DNA of 62,612 bases, counting the filler, from Collodictyon triciliatum (Eukaryota), in assembly GCA_043381765.1 (NCBI GenBank). It is 16 parts of 16 records of this genome, joined end to end, with 100 filler letters (N's around TTAATTAATTAA, not from the genome) between each part and the next. Parts side by side here need not be neighbours in the genome. Positions count along the whole stretch, not along the records: positions 24,198 to 28,125 come from JBHJMP010006696.1; positions 28,226 to 32,153 come from JBHJMP010006697.1; positions 32,254 to 36,178 come from JBHJMP010006698.1; positions 36,279 to 40,203 come from JBHJMP010006699.1; 12 more parts are not named here. One strand, 5' to 3'. Below are positions 24,399-39,300 of the stretch, piece after piece. The notes under the pieces are model-generated. The model made no database searches, had not been told where the DNA came from, and saw only the letters and a list, made by a program, of their open reading frames with translations. How positions within the stretch are numbered: the stretch's first letter is position 1; each line of letters starts with the position of its first letter. A program made the translations under genes and the position numbers.

Positions 24399-25992
24399 TC
24401 TAAACTAATGTGATGAGTGTTTAAAGATTTAAAAAAATTTTATGAAGTGGTGTAGTACCCAAACAACATATTTTCTTTAACATCTAATATTGAATCACCC
24501 TACTCAAATTTTAATTGATTCATTCAGAAATACATAGATAGACTATAGACATAATAATACTGATATAATAAAATCTCTCAAAATATGAATACTCTTATTT
24601 ATATCCATTGATAAATATGACTATTTTATTTGATGGTATAGTTACTTATTCAATCAATTCATTTATATTAAAAATGCAAAATAGTCATCATATCAAAATA
24701 ACTCGATATCAACTGTTAGTTGATATAATTGATAAAAATTCATTAGACTTCGGTTATATTTTTAGCAAGGTCATTTTTGTATCAATAATAGGTAGATTTT
24801 GATTTGATGCTTGAAGGAAAATCACTTTTAAATTATTAGATGAAAAATGCCTCAAAAACAAATATATCAATTTACGACATACGGAAAACAATATAAAGTA
24901 TGGGACTCATGTAAATTAGCCTCATTATGAATAGGACATGAGAATAAATCAAAAAAATCAAGTTTAAGTTTAAATGATACGATAATACATGTTTCAGTTT
25001 GAGAAAATAGATTTGGTTCGTCTAAGTGATAAATCAAAATTTTTGATAAATACAATAGCTGACATTCCACAAAAGACTTTTTAAATCAAATTATATGCAC
25101 TTTTCAATCAAAATATATGACACCTATAATTAAAAATATAGAAATAATTATTATTATTCAAACAATTTGTACGATTTTAAAAGGATGAAATATGATAAAT
25201 CAGCTATGTGTTATGTATATCAGGAAATTAAATCTATAATAAAATTATGAATAACATGTTACCAAGGAAAACACATGTCAATCATTTGGTTAAATTTTTC
25301 ACATATTTCGTGCATAAATATTGATAAAGTAAGGAAATAATTATTTAAATGATTGTTAATCATGTATTCTATAAAACAGCGTCTAAATTCACAAAACATC
25401 CAATATTTTAATTAATCGATCAAAAATATATCATATATTTAACTTGTTTTTTCAGCATTCAAAGGTTGGACGAGCGAATGATATAATATTTAAAAGTAAT
25501 AAGTGGTTAATGACATGTATTTTTAAGAACTAATAAATTGGCACATTGAATAATTATTAGATATGTAATGGAAATAACATTAAAATTGAAATGATATACG
25601 ATAATTAATTTAAGTGCATGTATTAATATATTCTTCATCAGATGAATATTGTAAAATATAATCTCATAAAATATTCATTTCCAGAATCAGTGGTATCCTG
25701 TGAAAAATTGCTTTATTTGTTGAACATTTATTTTAATATTCCTCTAAATGAAAAGTATAAAATCAAGAAAATACAATTAAAATTAATCAACCTATAATTA
25801 TTCATTCTCATGATGTGCATATTTATCGAGATATACTAATTCAAATCGTTATATTGTTTTCGTATAATATTTATACATATTATTCATCAAAAAATCATAG
25901 CTGTAAAAATAGTCATATTGTTCGATAACTTATATTGTTCAATGATAAAATAAATTACTGTTCGCTGGAGTACATCGAATGAATATTATTTT

Positions 25993-26057
25993 ATTATTTA
26001 GGGGCAAACAAAAATATTTCCTTTTATTATTTAGGGGCAAACAAAAATATTTCCTTT
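25993..26057. repeat. Tandem duplication of ~33 bp in AT-rich intergenic DNA
   Basis: attatttaggggcaaacaaaaatatttccttt occurs twice in tandem. Confidence 0.9.
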
Positions 26058-29009
26058 AGAACATGGATTCAATAATATCTGATAGAAATTAAAATTATAA
26101 TTTAATCTAACTTAGCAAATTGTCTTTCAGTTAACTATATTATTGATTATATTTAAAATATTTAACCCTTGAAGAATAACCATCTATGTACAAAATAGGG
26201 CTCAAGCGATGAACTATATCCTAATATTCGGTAAAATTTCATTAACAACTGATTGCAGTATTAAAAGGTGTTGTGTGAATATTGGATATCATCTCTAATA
26301 GATTTCATGATTCACAACCAGCTTCTGTATCATTTTGCATTTATTTATCTGACTAATGTCAATTATTATCTCATTTTCTATCATAAGTCCCAAATATAGT
26401 GATTTTTAATTGACCTCTCTTTTAATGACATATTTGTCACAGTCACCATATTAATATGATTCATTGAGCTAAAACCAGCTATACTAATCAAAACCAAATC
26501 ACTCTGATAGAAAATTGTTTTATTATTATGACTATTAATAGTGATATGTTATATGTAAATCCTATATTTCATTGAGAATTTGAAGACTATAAGCTATAAA
26601 GGTTCTTTGGAGCTCTGAATAGAATAAGTCTATTACAAAAAGGTTAGTACTAGATTTTGATACAAAATATAATTATTACTATGAGAAAGGCAATAAAGGT
26701 CTGAATGTTAATAAATTTACAAGCGCAATCGTTTCAAAGGTAATATATAATTGAGAATTTAGTCATTGAGGTATTTTCCGTGTGCATCAATAGAGAGATA
26801 ATGTTCCTAGTTGAAAATTGATGAATAATAGATAAAGAAATTAAATTGTAATCGTATTTAATACTTGTACTCTGCCATATTTTGACCAAAGATAATAAAC
26901 TGAACACTATAAGACTTAATAATATGAAACAATCATAGAAGTCATACTGTAAGTGGTGTATTAAATAAATAAATAAATCATTAAGAAATCAACATAAATA
27001 TAAGAGAATATTTGAATACATAAAAAGGATTTTATGAATATACGTGAATGATAACAATCGAAAAAAATAAAAGGGCGTGAACCGTCTACCATATCCTTGG
27101 TTAGTCGGGGCACCGCAAAAACGAATATCGGTATGCGTCTTATTACCTCTGATTGATTTGGAATTGGAAGGGGGAGGGGTGGGTTTGTTGGATTTGATAA
27201 ATCGACATCTATATAGGCAAGGGAGAAAATTGAACTAATTTAGATGATATAACAAAGATAATCTATTGTATTGGTTTATTTATTGGGCGATAAACCTACA
27301 AATCATTTCACTTGGAGAAACGAACAAGGTCTAGTAAGGTGAGGGGTATGGGCGTGAAGCTGTGGGCAAATGATTGCAGGACGGTCAAGGGGAGGGGTGG
27401 TGTATCATTCAGCGGCAGACTGGTTTTTAGCGGGGATATGGTATGTGTTTTTCGATTTGGATATAATAATGGTTCATTAGTTGGTTTTTTTTTTTAAATT
27501 CACATTTGATGCAATTGTGTATCTATCGATTTAATTAAAACGGAATTTAAATTACGGATACCAAGAGTATGCAGATAACTAAGCTTCTCTAGTAGATAAG
27601 TAATTTAAAGATTTTTTGTAGATTTAGTATTCACAAGGCGATACATAATACGATTATTGAAAAATAAACGACGTAGCATGACGATTCTGTAGGCAAACCA
27701 TTCATCTTGATTTAACTTCATTAGAAAATGAATATATAGCTGATATTATTGTATTTATTATAAATATGACAATGATTGATTACATGCATTTTATGTTAGG
27801 TTTAAATATATCAACTAAATAATGAAATAACTAGCATGGCCAGACTCCGATGATAATTCTTAATTTTATAGATTTTGTGCTCCATTAGTAATAGTTTTAC
27901 AAGTGAAATATTTTTTAATTAAAACTATTCGACTTTATGCATGCTTTATTTATATATGTTAAATAGGCAATGTTTTCGAATAAGATTAAGCCTCCTTACC
28001 GCAAAAAAGGATACATGGCTTTTGATTACAAAAATTTACAACGAATATTATTATTTTATTTATTTTTTGGTCATGAATGACTGGACAAAGACATACTTAC
28101 TTCCACACACAACACAACCCAACACNNNNNNNNNNNNNNNNNNNNNNNNNNNNNNNNNNNNNNNNNNNNTTAATTAATTAANNNNNNNNNNNNNNNNNNN
28201 NNNNNNNNNNNNNNNNNNNNNNNNNATCTCTATCTCTATCTCTATCTCTATCTCTATCTCTATCTCTATCTCTATCTCTATCTCTATCTCTATCTCTATC
28301 TCGGGTCAGCTCCGTGTGATGGCTGCCGGGCGCTCGTCTTTTCGAAGGGCCGTGGTTTCCTAACGTTTGCCATTACTTTGCTACCGCGGTGAGAAACCGG
28401 CCCAAGAAGCGTTGCTGGGCGCAGCAGAAGCCAGAGGAAAAGAGCGGGGCATGTCCGACGGCAAATTTCGGCTAGTACTGACAATTGCGGAAACTATATA
28501 CTTTTACACAAAAACAAGTGCACATATATTTATTCTGAATTGATTGGTTGTTATTTGCGCAGTATAATTATTCTTTGTTGCAATCAGGGTTAAAGACATT
28601 ACATTTACAACGACGAAAAAGTGCAAGCAGGCCGCTCCAACCAAAGAAACGCAAGATTGACGTGGGCGAGATGTCAAATGTACAATTCAAGGAATAGCCA
28701 CACGAAGCATCGAATATTCCAACTTTGGATCGAACAAAGAACCAAGACCAAAAAAAAAATTAAAGGAAAAAGAAAAAAGCAAATAAACATATGGCTCGGC
28801 TGTGTGCCAGATATATATGTATATAAACCTTTCTGCCGACAGAGGCATTCACTACAAGCATTAGTGACAAGCTCGGGTTCACACGCGATTCAGCCCTACG
28901 GGCAGCTGCAGTCCCAAAAGAAGCCGCTCTGAGCTCACTTGGCGGGCGTCTCTTCTTTTTGTGCTATCTGTCAAGCACAGCGACAAAGCAGAGAGCACCA
29001 CATAACTCA

Positions 29010-29109
29010 CACAAACACACAAACACACAAACACACAAACACACAAACACACAAACACACAAACACACAAACACACAAACACACAAACACACAAACACAC
29101 AAACACACA
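29010..29109. repeat. (AAACACAC)n octamer repeat upstream of the kinase ATG
   Basis: About 12 units. Confidence 0.95.
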
Positions 29110-29164
29110 GCCCAGTCCGCACAACCACGAAGCCTCGGAATCTCCAACGACTATCGCTGCCTTC

Positions 29165-29683
29165 ATGGGGAATACAGCGTCCACCCAAAACACGCCTCTG
29201 CATGAGCTGCAGAAAATCACCGGAGATCGCAACGTCGCTTCCCTCCTGAAGCGGACGAGACTTGATTTCCCTTATAAGAACATGACTTCTCTTCCAGACG
29301 CAGTCTTTGAGCTGCATTGTTTGGTGGAACTGTACCTCTATCGCAACCGGCTGTCCCTGCTGTCACCGCACATATCTCGCTTGACGGCACTCACATATCT
29401 TGACGTTAGCTACAACCAACTCTCGTCACTGCCGGCAGAAATATCGTATTTGACCGGTCTTGGGGATCTTCGTGTCGGGTCCAACCAGCTCTCGTCGCTG
29501 CCACAAGAGATATCATGCTTGACGGGTCTTAAAGATCTCAGCGTCTACTTCAATCCAGTACTTTGACATATTGTTATTAAATCATAAGCATCACTACCAA
29601 TGTCTTCATCAGCTTCATTTCCTTCATCATTATTAACACCTTCATTTCCTTCATCATTATTAACACCTTCATTTCCTTGGAAA

Positions 29684-29727
<44 letters not shown>

Positions 29728-31632
29728 AAAATTCATCATCACCACCACCATTTTCATTTTTTCTTTTATTGTCATCATCTTCAAGATTAGCATCATGTAT
29801 CTAACGAGATTCTGGTTAGATGGAAGAGCTTCCTCTGGAAATCACAGTGCTCACGAATCTGAGACAACTGTTCATCGAATACTCAGGCAAAATCCACATC
29901 AAGAGAGCACCTCATGGCCTCACAAATCTACCGTGCTGGAATAACTATGCAAACAAAGATTACAAACATATCCGGGCCTTGCAGCTTCATGATCTTGTAA
30001 GTAACACAGCCTATTTGACATTAGGAATAGTTCAAACTACTCCGTTTCTACCAAGACTAACAAACGTGCACAAACCACCCATAGACCTCGAGCAATCTTC
30101 ACAAGACATCACACAAACAATCTGTAGTCAATCCTCTTCGAGCTTCCTCGCCAGCTGTCAATGCCCTACTTAGCGCGTATTCTGGATTCAAACCTCTTCG
30201 AGCCTCCACTCCAGCTTCTTTCTACACAAATAACACATCCGAGTTTGCCTCATTGCGTAGCTCCTCACCAACTGTCAATACCCAGCTGAGAGCATCCGTA
30301 GTTGCCACTTCCCTAGCCTCTTCACCAGCTGTCAGTTCCCCGCTAAGCGAATCTACAGTTAGCTTTACAAGCACCTCCTCACCAGCTGCTAATACTCAGC
30401 TGAGAGCATCCGTAGTTGCCTCTTCAAAAGTCTCCTCACCAACACTCAGTACACAGCAAAGTATATCTACAGTTGCCACTTCATTCGCCACCCCGTCGAC
30501 TGTAAACACTGCAGCAAGCATGGACAGTCAATCAACTTTCCAAACACATTTATCTCCAGACCAACTCGACACTGACAGTGAACCAGTAACTGGCGACTTT
30601 GCAGATGTAATGGATGTTAATTTTTCTGCACACAAAATACTCGGCAAAGGTGGGTTTGGCACAGCGTACAAAGTGAAGCTCCAAAAGGGCACTGTCGCTG
30701 TCAAAGTAATCAACACCGACGCCAAGCCCGGCACTACTGATTACGATGAATTGACGCGTGAGGCGAAGTTGATGGTCAATCTCGACCATACTAACATCAT
30801 AAAACTCTATGCCTACGGTTGCAAGAACCTCAAGGTCTTCTACGTCATGGAATATGCAAACGGCAACAGCATATGGAACCTCATCAAGGCAAAAGGAGCA
30901 CTGCCTTTCGCCAAATATATTCAGTACACTATCCACATCAACGCTGGTTTGAAATACATTCACAGTCGCAGCCCGCCTATAGAGCATCGTGACTTGAAGC
31001 CTGAGAACGTCCTGCTATGTGACGGTGTAGCTAAAATATGCGACTTTGGAATCTCTACTGCTCGCGAAACTGTCTCTCGTTGCACCGACCTACAAGGTAC
31101 GTTCCATTACATCGCACCAGAATATTTCGATGGAAAAGGGTATGGATATTTGAGTGACATGTACACGTTCGGCCTTGTCATCTGGGCCATGCTCTCTGGG
31201 CAGCGACCGTACGAAGGACTGACACTGTACCAGACATTTGCTAAGAAAGGAAGAGGCGAGCTTCCCACAATCCCACCTGTGACTTCCGCCAAACTCGCTG
31301 CCATTCTTAATCAGTGCTGGAGCTTCGAAGCGCGTAGCCGACCGTCTGCAAGTGATCTGGAGCCGAAACTGGCCGACATAAAAGCGAACCCAGGCGTTCC
31401 CGTTGGGGAAATAGGCAAACCAGTCAGGGATATGGACAGCGCCGAGCTGGTCGCATATCTGAAAGCTAAGAATATCAATCAAGCCTTTATATACGTAATA
31501 AGCGAGCACGAAGCTAATGGTCAAGACTTTTTGGAAATGGATGAAGCTGCAATCATATCCGCTCCTTTTTATTTGGCAAAATCGCACGCAAAAATAGTAC
31601 TTAAACTCATCGAGGACGCCAAGCGAACATAG
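29165..31632 (+). CDS. MG-start LRR - Ser/Thr-rich linker - TKL-like protein kinase - SAM protein (exons 29165-29557, 29820-29996, 30085-31632)
   Basis: MGNTAST start; LRRs LxxLxLxxNxLSSLP; kinase motifs GKGGFG, VAVK, HRDLKPEN, DFG, GTFHYIAPE, CWSFEARSRPS; SAM-like tail MDSAELVAYLKA..ISEHEANGQDFLEM. Phase-0 GT-AG junctions keep the frame. Confidence 0.92.
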
Positions 31633-32253
31633 TGCTCCTGGACATTCCAGCTTCGCTCCATCTTTTAACATAGCTTTCATACACATACACACATACATAT
31701 CTGTCTTGCGCCATTTATTTCGCACTCTCCCTAGAACGAAGCAATCCCCCTTAACATCCATAAGGATGAGTCGGAAATATACAAGAATAAACTAAATCCA
31801 AAATAAAGCACAGGAAAACAACAACAACAACAACAAGAAATACATCAATAAAGGATATCGGAGTGCAGCCTATTGATTTGTAGGTGAGGAGGTCGTTGTC
31901 ATCAAGAGGATCAAAAGCCAAACTCTTTTTACATTGCATAATACCGCTACCCTCCACAGGCGTTGACCTAAAACTTGTGGGACTTTGATGAGCGAGACGA
32001 GTTAAAACGAAAGAGAGGCAGGTAAAAGGGTACTACTGTGAAGAGGCCAGCACCGGAAAGAAATCAGTGATAGTGAGTTGGTCAGGTGGGCGACCCAACT
32101 GGTTGATTGGTTGTGTAGGTAGCACGGATTGGATATGCTGTGTGAGATATCTTNNNNNNNNNNNNNNNNNNNNNNNNNNNNNNNNNNNNNNNNNNNNTTA
32201 ATTAATTAANNNNNNNNNNNNNNNNNNNNNNNNNNNNNNNNNNNNNNNNNNNN

Positions 32254-35200
32254 CAGTGATCTAATAAGTTATTATTTTTACAGAATATCAAATAATATCA
32301 TATATTTCTTTTGAAAGGTAAAAAAAGTAATATTATAGTATATACCTTTGCTTTGTGTCAGGTTTTGTAAGCCACTATAATGAGTTAGTAAAGATACTCG
32401 AAAGGTGGTGCGCGTCAATTAACCCCGCATCAAGTACCAGCCTTTTCAAAAAAAATAGATTCAAATAAAACGGTATTCATCTTTGGCGATGTGTTTGATC
32501 AATAAACTATTGAAGAAAAGAAAGAAAAGAAGGGAGAAGTAACAAGCTAGTAAACTAGACTTTGGATTTCAATAGCCATATGTGCCTGCAGTGTTTTCAA
32601 GAGCAACAATCAGCAGTGAAATGTATCAAAGTGCTTTGACTTACTGGCTTTTTAGGTCACGGACTGCATCCCTTTCCATCAGATATATGATTGGATAAGG
32701 TCGATATGTGGGCCATTTGATGCGCACAATGTGCTTTTCTCTTCAACTATTACAATGCAATTTTCTGGTGCTTTTGTTTCTTGATATACGCGAATGTTAA
32801 AGTTAATGTTGATGTACCTTCCATAGGTACGCATTTTATTATGTGCAGTTGTAATATTTCCCTCTGTTCAAAGGCCGTTACAAATAATGATGAAAATCGA
32901 TGAAGAGTTGATTTATTTTCGTGACAGATTATGTATAATTCATAAAAAATTGTACATGTTAAGACATAATCAATGAATCTTCATTTCGCGGCAAAACCAG
33001 TCAAATTTGTCAAACCTATGTTGCGTCTCACAAAAAAAAAAAAATGAAGAAATCGATGAAGAATTGATAGTGTGATGGAAGAGATGGATTGGTTTGCAAT
33101 ATCTGCTTTCATTTTCATACTCCTAGCTATATTTACTTTGAAGACAGTCACTAACCCGCTTATTCAGATATCAAAGACAATAGCCTCATTTTTTCCCCTT
33201 CGCTCCGTCCATTACTTTTCAATGTTTTTTGCTTTGGATTTCTCTGCGCGACTAAAGTTTGTAATAAGAAAACTAAATATACCTATGTCTCTCTCCTTCA
33301 GTATAAAGAATAAGTAACACATTATATGCGACACAATAACCTTGTTCCGAGGTTTGAAAAAAATCAGGCTCACTTGTGTATATAGCAGATCACTCAACAA
33401 GCACATTTCCACCAACGAAAGCACACAGACAGTCAAGAACAAAAGCCAAAGACCAGCACAACACAAGTGATCTATTGAATCCCTATTGCTTGGACACTCA
33501 TTATTTTTAAAAAACACAGAAAAAAAAGCCACCGATCAACATAAGGTCAAGCAAACTGAATAATACAACATGAAAACATACCTTTATTTTCTATTAAAAA
33601 AGCGGAGGTTTATACCTAAGCAAGTCTTTTACCTATGTCAGAAAGTCAGAAGACTTGATCGAGAATGAGAGATGACTTTCAAAAGCTGGCAAATAAAAAT
33701 AAAATGAAAGAAAAAAGAACGGGCCAAAGATGAGTCCCTTCAGCAAAACTTTATGTGATTGGCTCTAGTCTTGCCCAGCATAATCCCTGGTTTATGTTGC
33801 GCACGAACCGACCAAAACTCAAAACACATGGAAACTTATTTACATATCCAAATAACATTAAATTCAACTATTCCTCCTTCCTGCAAAGGTTTTAGGGCCC
33901 TTATCATTACAACTATTCGCAAGCCAAGGAGAGCTGGGACTATTCGGATTTCCAAGCCTTTCTGTTGCAAAAGATTGTTGGCCACGCATCCAAACTATAT
34001 GAAATATCCCTTGATTCTATTATTATTTTTTATGGAAGCTTTAGCTGACTATTCATTTTGTTGTTACTAATAATTTTAAGAGAATTCTATTCCAATCTCA
34101 TGCAGTTTATGATGCTTTCTAGGAGCTTCGGGGTGATTGAATCTCTGGTTGCTCTGCCCACAGTAAGATCACTTCGATGGAGATCCTTCAAACGTAGACT
34201 TTAAGAACGTCTCTTAGATCTTGGGTTTGATTCCAGGTTGGTTGTTGATCTGTTTGCTTTTCTCTTCTCAACTCGGCCTTTTTCATGGGATTTACCTGTT
34301 GGTGGAAAAAAATAAATCCCTCGTTTATACATATTTTCCTTTATTCGATACAAGTGAATGAATGGGTTTTTAAGAAATTTTACAGGACGCCGTAGTTGTT
34401 GCTTCTTGGTTGAAAGCAGTGACATGTGTCGGATAAGAAGTTCAGGCCAGCAGCGTATGGAATCTGAATTTGTGGCTCATCAATATGCAACCGATAGGGT
34501 CGAGAATAGTTGCAATCTTTAAGAGGTGCGACTACCAAGGACTCTGACTTCAATTTGATCAGAGGCCAAATCCCCTTGGGGCGAAAGTCCACGCGACTAC
34601 CCTGCTCTCCTTTACTATCAGATTCCTTGTATTCATTCATTCTATTCGACTCCAAATCCAATACCCTTGACTTATGTATGTCTATTATTCAACGGATAAC
34701 ATATAACAATCAGCAAACCAGCATAACTTCTCCAGCATAGGCATTAGCGAAACCGGCAAGAATATTGTTAATTGTTTTTGCAGACTCCGAAGAAATATAC
34801 CTTTATTTTTTAATTAGCAACTAGAGTATTACTCAAAATCTTGGAAACATAAGTAATGAATTATCCATTCTAATAGTCTGAAGATAGTCGTCCATTCAAC
34901 TCGACTCCTTGAATCTCAAAATCATACTTTAATCAATCAGATTCAGGTATGACACATATTTGGGAAAATCTATATGTATTTTTATGATTCCAAATAAATG
35001 GTAGATTCTGATACTTTGCTATCCTAGTTGATTTTTACCTTTACTTATCACAAGGCGTAGATGATATTGAATGATGTATGAATTAAAAATAGCCAAGTTG
35101 GAAAAAATCAATCATGAATTATTTCAACGATATTAAAAGAGGTTTCATTGAAACAAAAAAATCTATACAATTAATACAATATTTTCGACCTTTTTTTTAT

Positions 35201-36178
35201 TCTTCCATTCCATTTTGTGAAGGACGGTGGAGATATTGGCTTTGGTTCGCTAGCCATCGTTTGCACGGACGCTACTTGGTTGCCGAGTGGCGGAGAAGTA
35301 GTCGGTAATCAGGAATTGCATCCTGCAGTATGGCCTGTGGCCTGGGTCTTGTGCTTGGATAAGAAAGACCAGGACAAAATTTTCAACTATTTAAATATTT
35401 TGATAATTTCTCAGGATGAACTCAAAAAAAACCATTTATATATTTTGATTATTTCTCAGGATGAATTCAAAAAAAAACCATTTATAATAGCACTTCACGA
35501 ACTTTCAGAAAGGGCCCATATGTCATACCATTTCATCGTACAAAGGACTCTGGAGCTCTCATTTTTTGGTGATTAACAAGTCATACAGTAAGTTGACCAG
35601 GCCAATTCATAGCATCGAAAGGAAATTTATTTCAAGGTTTCAAGTTCCATTAATCTAATTTTTTGATTATTAAAAGAAACACATAATTAAAACTTTGAGG
35701 GCATTACAAAGAATAGTGCAATCTTTGCGCCAGATTGACCAAGATTTTGATAGTAAAAAAGTATGATTCTTGTCTAATTTTACCTTCTAATTCCCATCAT
35801 AATTGAAAAGCACGAAAAAATTTAAATTTGTATCACAGAAAATTCCACATGTTTGATATGCAACGACAGAAAAACCAAATACGCACATTTTAAGTACATG
35901 TGTGTAAAGCTTAATTTTTAGCAGATTATCAATCAAAATTCATTCTTAATTTAGGTCTCGTTTTGATAAATGGTTCAATCTGACAAATTCGTGGACTAGC
36001 TGAAAAATCGCATTATTTTATTCAATCTACCACATTTAGCATTAATCATTCATCTTGAATTAGAAACTGGTCGAACTAAAGTCATGGACAAAACTCAGAT
36101 ACAGTTGAAAATGGAAGGGACAAAAGACAAAATCCGTGGGAAAGGGAACTGTTTCGATCTACTACTTGGAGGAGGGAG
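32254..36178. repeat. Unclassified multi-kb repeat; the whole contig is the reverse complement of 40304-44015
   Basis: Co-linear end to end (cagtgatctaataagtt / aacttattagatcactg; ctactacttggagg / cctccaagtagtag), roughly 85-90% identical by eye, with no long ORF. Confidence 0.93.
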
Positions 36179-36389
36179 NNNNNNNNNNNNNNNNNNNNNN
36201 NNNNNNNNNNNNNNNNNNNNNNTTAATTAATTAANNNNNNNNNNNNNNNNNNNNNNNNNNNNNNNNNNNNNNNNNNNNATTTATTTTTTTGGAGGGAATG
36301 GGGGGGGATGGAAAAGGAAGGGGGGGGGGGGGGGGGAAACGGCGAGATTTTGCCTAAACGATGCAAAACGGAGCAAAGAACAAGACTCA

Positions 36390-39300
36390 CCCGGTCAAAA
36401 GATGGTGGTGCCTCGAGGCTGCCAAACAGGAACTTGATGCTGGGGTTGGAAGTGCGGTGACCGCTGGCGCCGATACCATGGAAGAGCAACGGTTGTTGGA
36501 ATGATTGGCTGTATAATTGAACCCAACTACAGAAAATAGGGCATACGGTTGGCGATTATGATAAAGATCATTTACTCTTCTCAATCATGCCAAATAAACT
36601 GAAAAGAAACCGAATTAAAATTATGAAGATCATTTGAAAAAGGAAAGAAAAGAAAAGGACACGGCTGTATCAATCTCGATGGACAATACTTGACTCCATT
36701 GACAGAGCCATAGGCTGTTGCAGTTAAGAAGTCAGACGAGACCGACAACCAAACGTGCATCAAATGGCTTTCTTTCACTGTATTGCTAGGGGTAATTTGC
36801 TTGGAGTTTTGAACGGTGGTATCTCCTCCTCTGGTAGTTCTAGGAAAAGAGTTTTGGATAAGCGTGACAGACCAGCTCTCAAGGTCGCATAACTCGTAGA
36901 TAATTACCAACTCTACAAAAAGTTATCTAGAGTCGATTGATGTTATTCCGACATATATACGAACGTATCCAGACCTATACTGAACGCGCAATCGATTATC
37001 TCCCGTAACCCGGAGCACTGCAAAGTATGCTGCATCAGACTCTAGCCCAGCTCGTGCCATAAGGAAACCCTAGGCAAGAAATTAATGTGAAAAATAACAA
37101 AATTATGGAGAAAGTATGCATGTAATATTTTTTTCTACCTCTATTCAATCTAAGGGAAAGTAATTTTGTGGATGTGATGCCATGTAAATGATACAAAGCC
37201 AAACCTTGGCAAATTCTTGGACATGAGAGCCGGGACATGAAATATAATATTTGTAATCTTTTTGAGCCTGGATGGGGATTTAGTTTTTATATTTTGATTT
37301 AAGGTATTTTTTGAAATAACAAATACAAATACAAAAACAATACTGATATTATCAGCACAATATCAAACGGAAGCATACTCCAAGCCTATTTTCGGAGTAA
37401 GTGAAATGGAAATTGTCCTGGTAATCCTCAACATCGCCAGAGATGACGTTGATATGGTAAACGTCGTTCTGTTGTGGTAAAATGAGATGATCACGTTACC
37501 AATTTCTACACGATCGGAAATTGTGATATTAGTGGAGAGCCCTAAAACTGGTTATTATGAAGCTTACGAGTTCTTTTATGTCCACAGGGATATCTGTTCC
37601 CGGCATGGCTTGAAAAGGCCAACCATTTGCCGAGTCTGTCCTGGCCCACGGGTCGCGGAATGCATTCACCTTGTCTGTGGCGATGTGGTTGAAGTACTGA
37701 TTCACCTGAAAAGAAAAAAAAAAGCATCAACCAACCACTAAAGAAAATAAAAAAAATACATCGATTTCAATCAATTATAAGAAAATTTTAATTATCTATT
37801 CGTCTACACCGACCGAGGTTGAGTATCGGAGGATGCATACAAAAATGATAATGGAAATATGACATAAAATATTTTACATTATTCCACTCTGTTTCGGTGT
37901 TGATCGTGTATACTCTGGAAACAAATCCATTTCGATATACATCTTGTCCGTACTGACGATTAGAATATCCCATGTTAAAAATAACAATATTTTCATTTTT
38001 CCACAAATCGTTGGGAGAGCTGAGGGACTGACCACCGAAGGCAATAGGATCAGAGTCGGGACCATCCGTATACCTTTATGTAATATCGTTTTACAAGGAA
38101 TACACAGACCCAAGCCTGCTTTAAGATTGCCCTGTAAAAGAATTCTCATTCACGTACCTTTCGTTGATATATTGGCTCAGCATAGCGTCAGTAGTGGTCC
38201 ATACAAACATAAACTTACCTCTCATCTCTCTCAGCGTTGGCCACCCAACAATTGATAGCGCATTCTATGTATATTTGGGAATGTAAACTGGATTAAATAT
38301 TCATGTCATGGTGTTATTGTTGATGTTTTTTTTTTTATTGTTTTTTTTTTAAAAAAAAAAAATAAGGGTCTACATATACCTTCAGTGTGATACGTTGAGT
38401 AGAGTTGCGAAGTTCCATAGGGACTCTATTTATCAGATCGTTCGGTGTGAAAACAGCGTTTCCAAGTTTCGATCTGATTAGTCTGTCAAAATCTGCTGTG
38501 GTGTGTCCAGCCTAAATGACATCAACTCTTGTTACATCTATTTCGTTGTATACTCAAAAAAAAAAAAAACAATAATCAAAGAAAATATTTGTTTTGCTTT
38601 ATATTAAAAAGAGAGAGAAAAAAAAGGAAGGGGTTTCATTCAATATGCAGCACAAACCTCGTTCCACTTTTCGCTCTTGTGATCCATCCACACCGTTATA
38701 ATCTCGTGGTTTGGGAGAGCGTTTTGGATTCCGACGCAAACATCCAGGAAATTAGACATTTTGTCAACATTTGACTGAGAATCGGTGGTGGTGTGGTATA
38801 TGTACCAGTCGCTAGGGACATAGACTCATTAAACAGCGTGAAACAAGATACAACGATAAGCATCATTAATGATAATGAAGAAAGAAAGGAGGGTGTTGAG
38901 TAAGAAAACAATAGACATATATATGGTGGGGAATATTGATTGCAAATTCAACAACGAAATTCATAAAGAGAATACCTAGAGATATCCGGGCGAAATAGCT
39001 TATCGATGTACAAGTCCATTTCTACGGAGCGTAATTGCCAATACCCGGCTATATCTGAAACACCTTCGATTCTCTGGTACGAGTTGTGCGCGGACTTTTG
39101 TCGGACTTGATTGTAGCGCAAGTCTTCATAGGCAACACTTGAAACCTATGGAGACAACCAGCAGGACGTAGAAAAAAGAGAAGAAGAAAAAGAAAAGAAG
39201 AAAAAGAGAAGAAGAAAAAGAGAAGAAGAAAAAGAGAAGAAGAAAAAGAGAAGAAGAAAAAGAGAAGAAGAAAAAGAGAAGAAGAAAAAGAGAAGCAGAA

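Noticed and set aside
33740-34000. Decayed LINE RT motifs (SKTLCDWL/VLPSII, DFQAF) in the repeat family
   Set aside because: They require several frameshifts, are not supported by the third copy, and show no clear synonymous bias.
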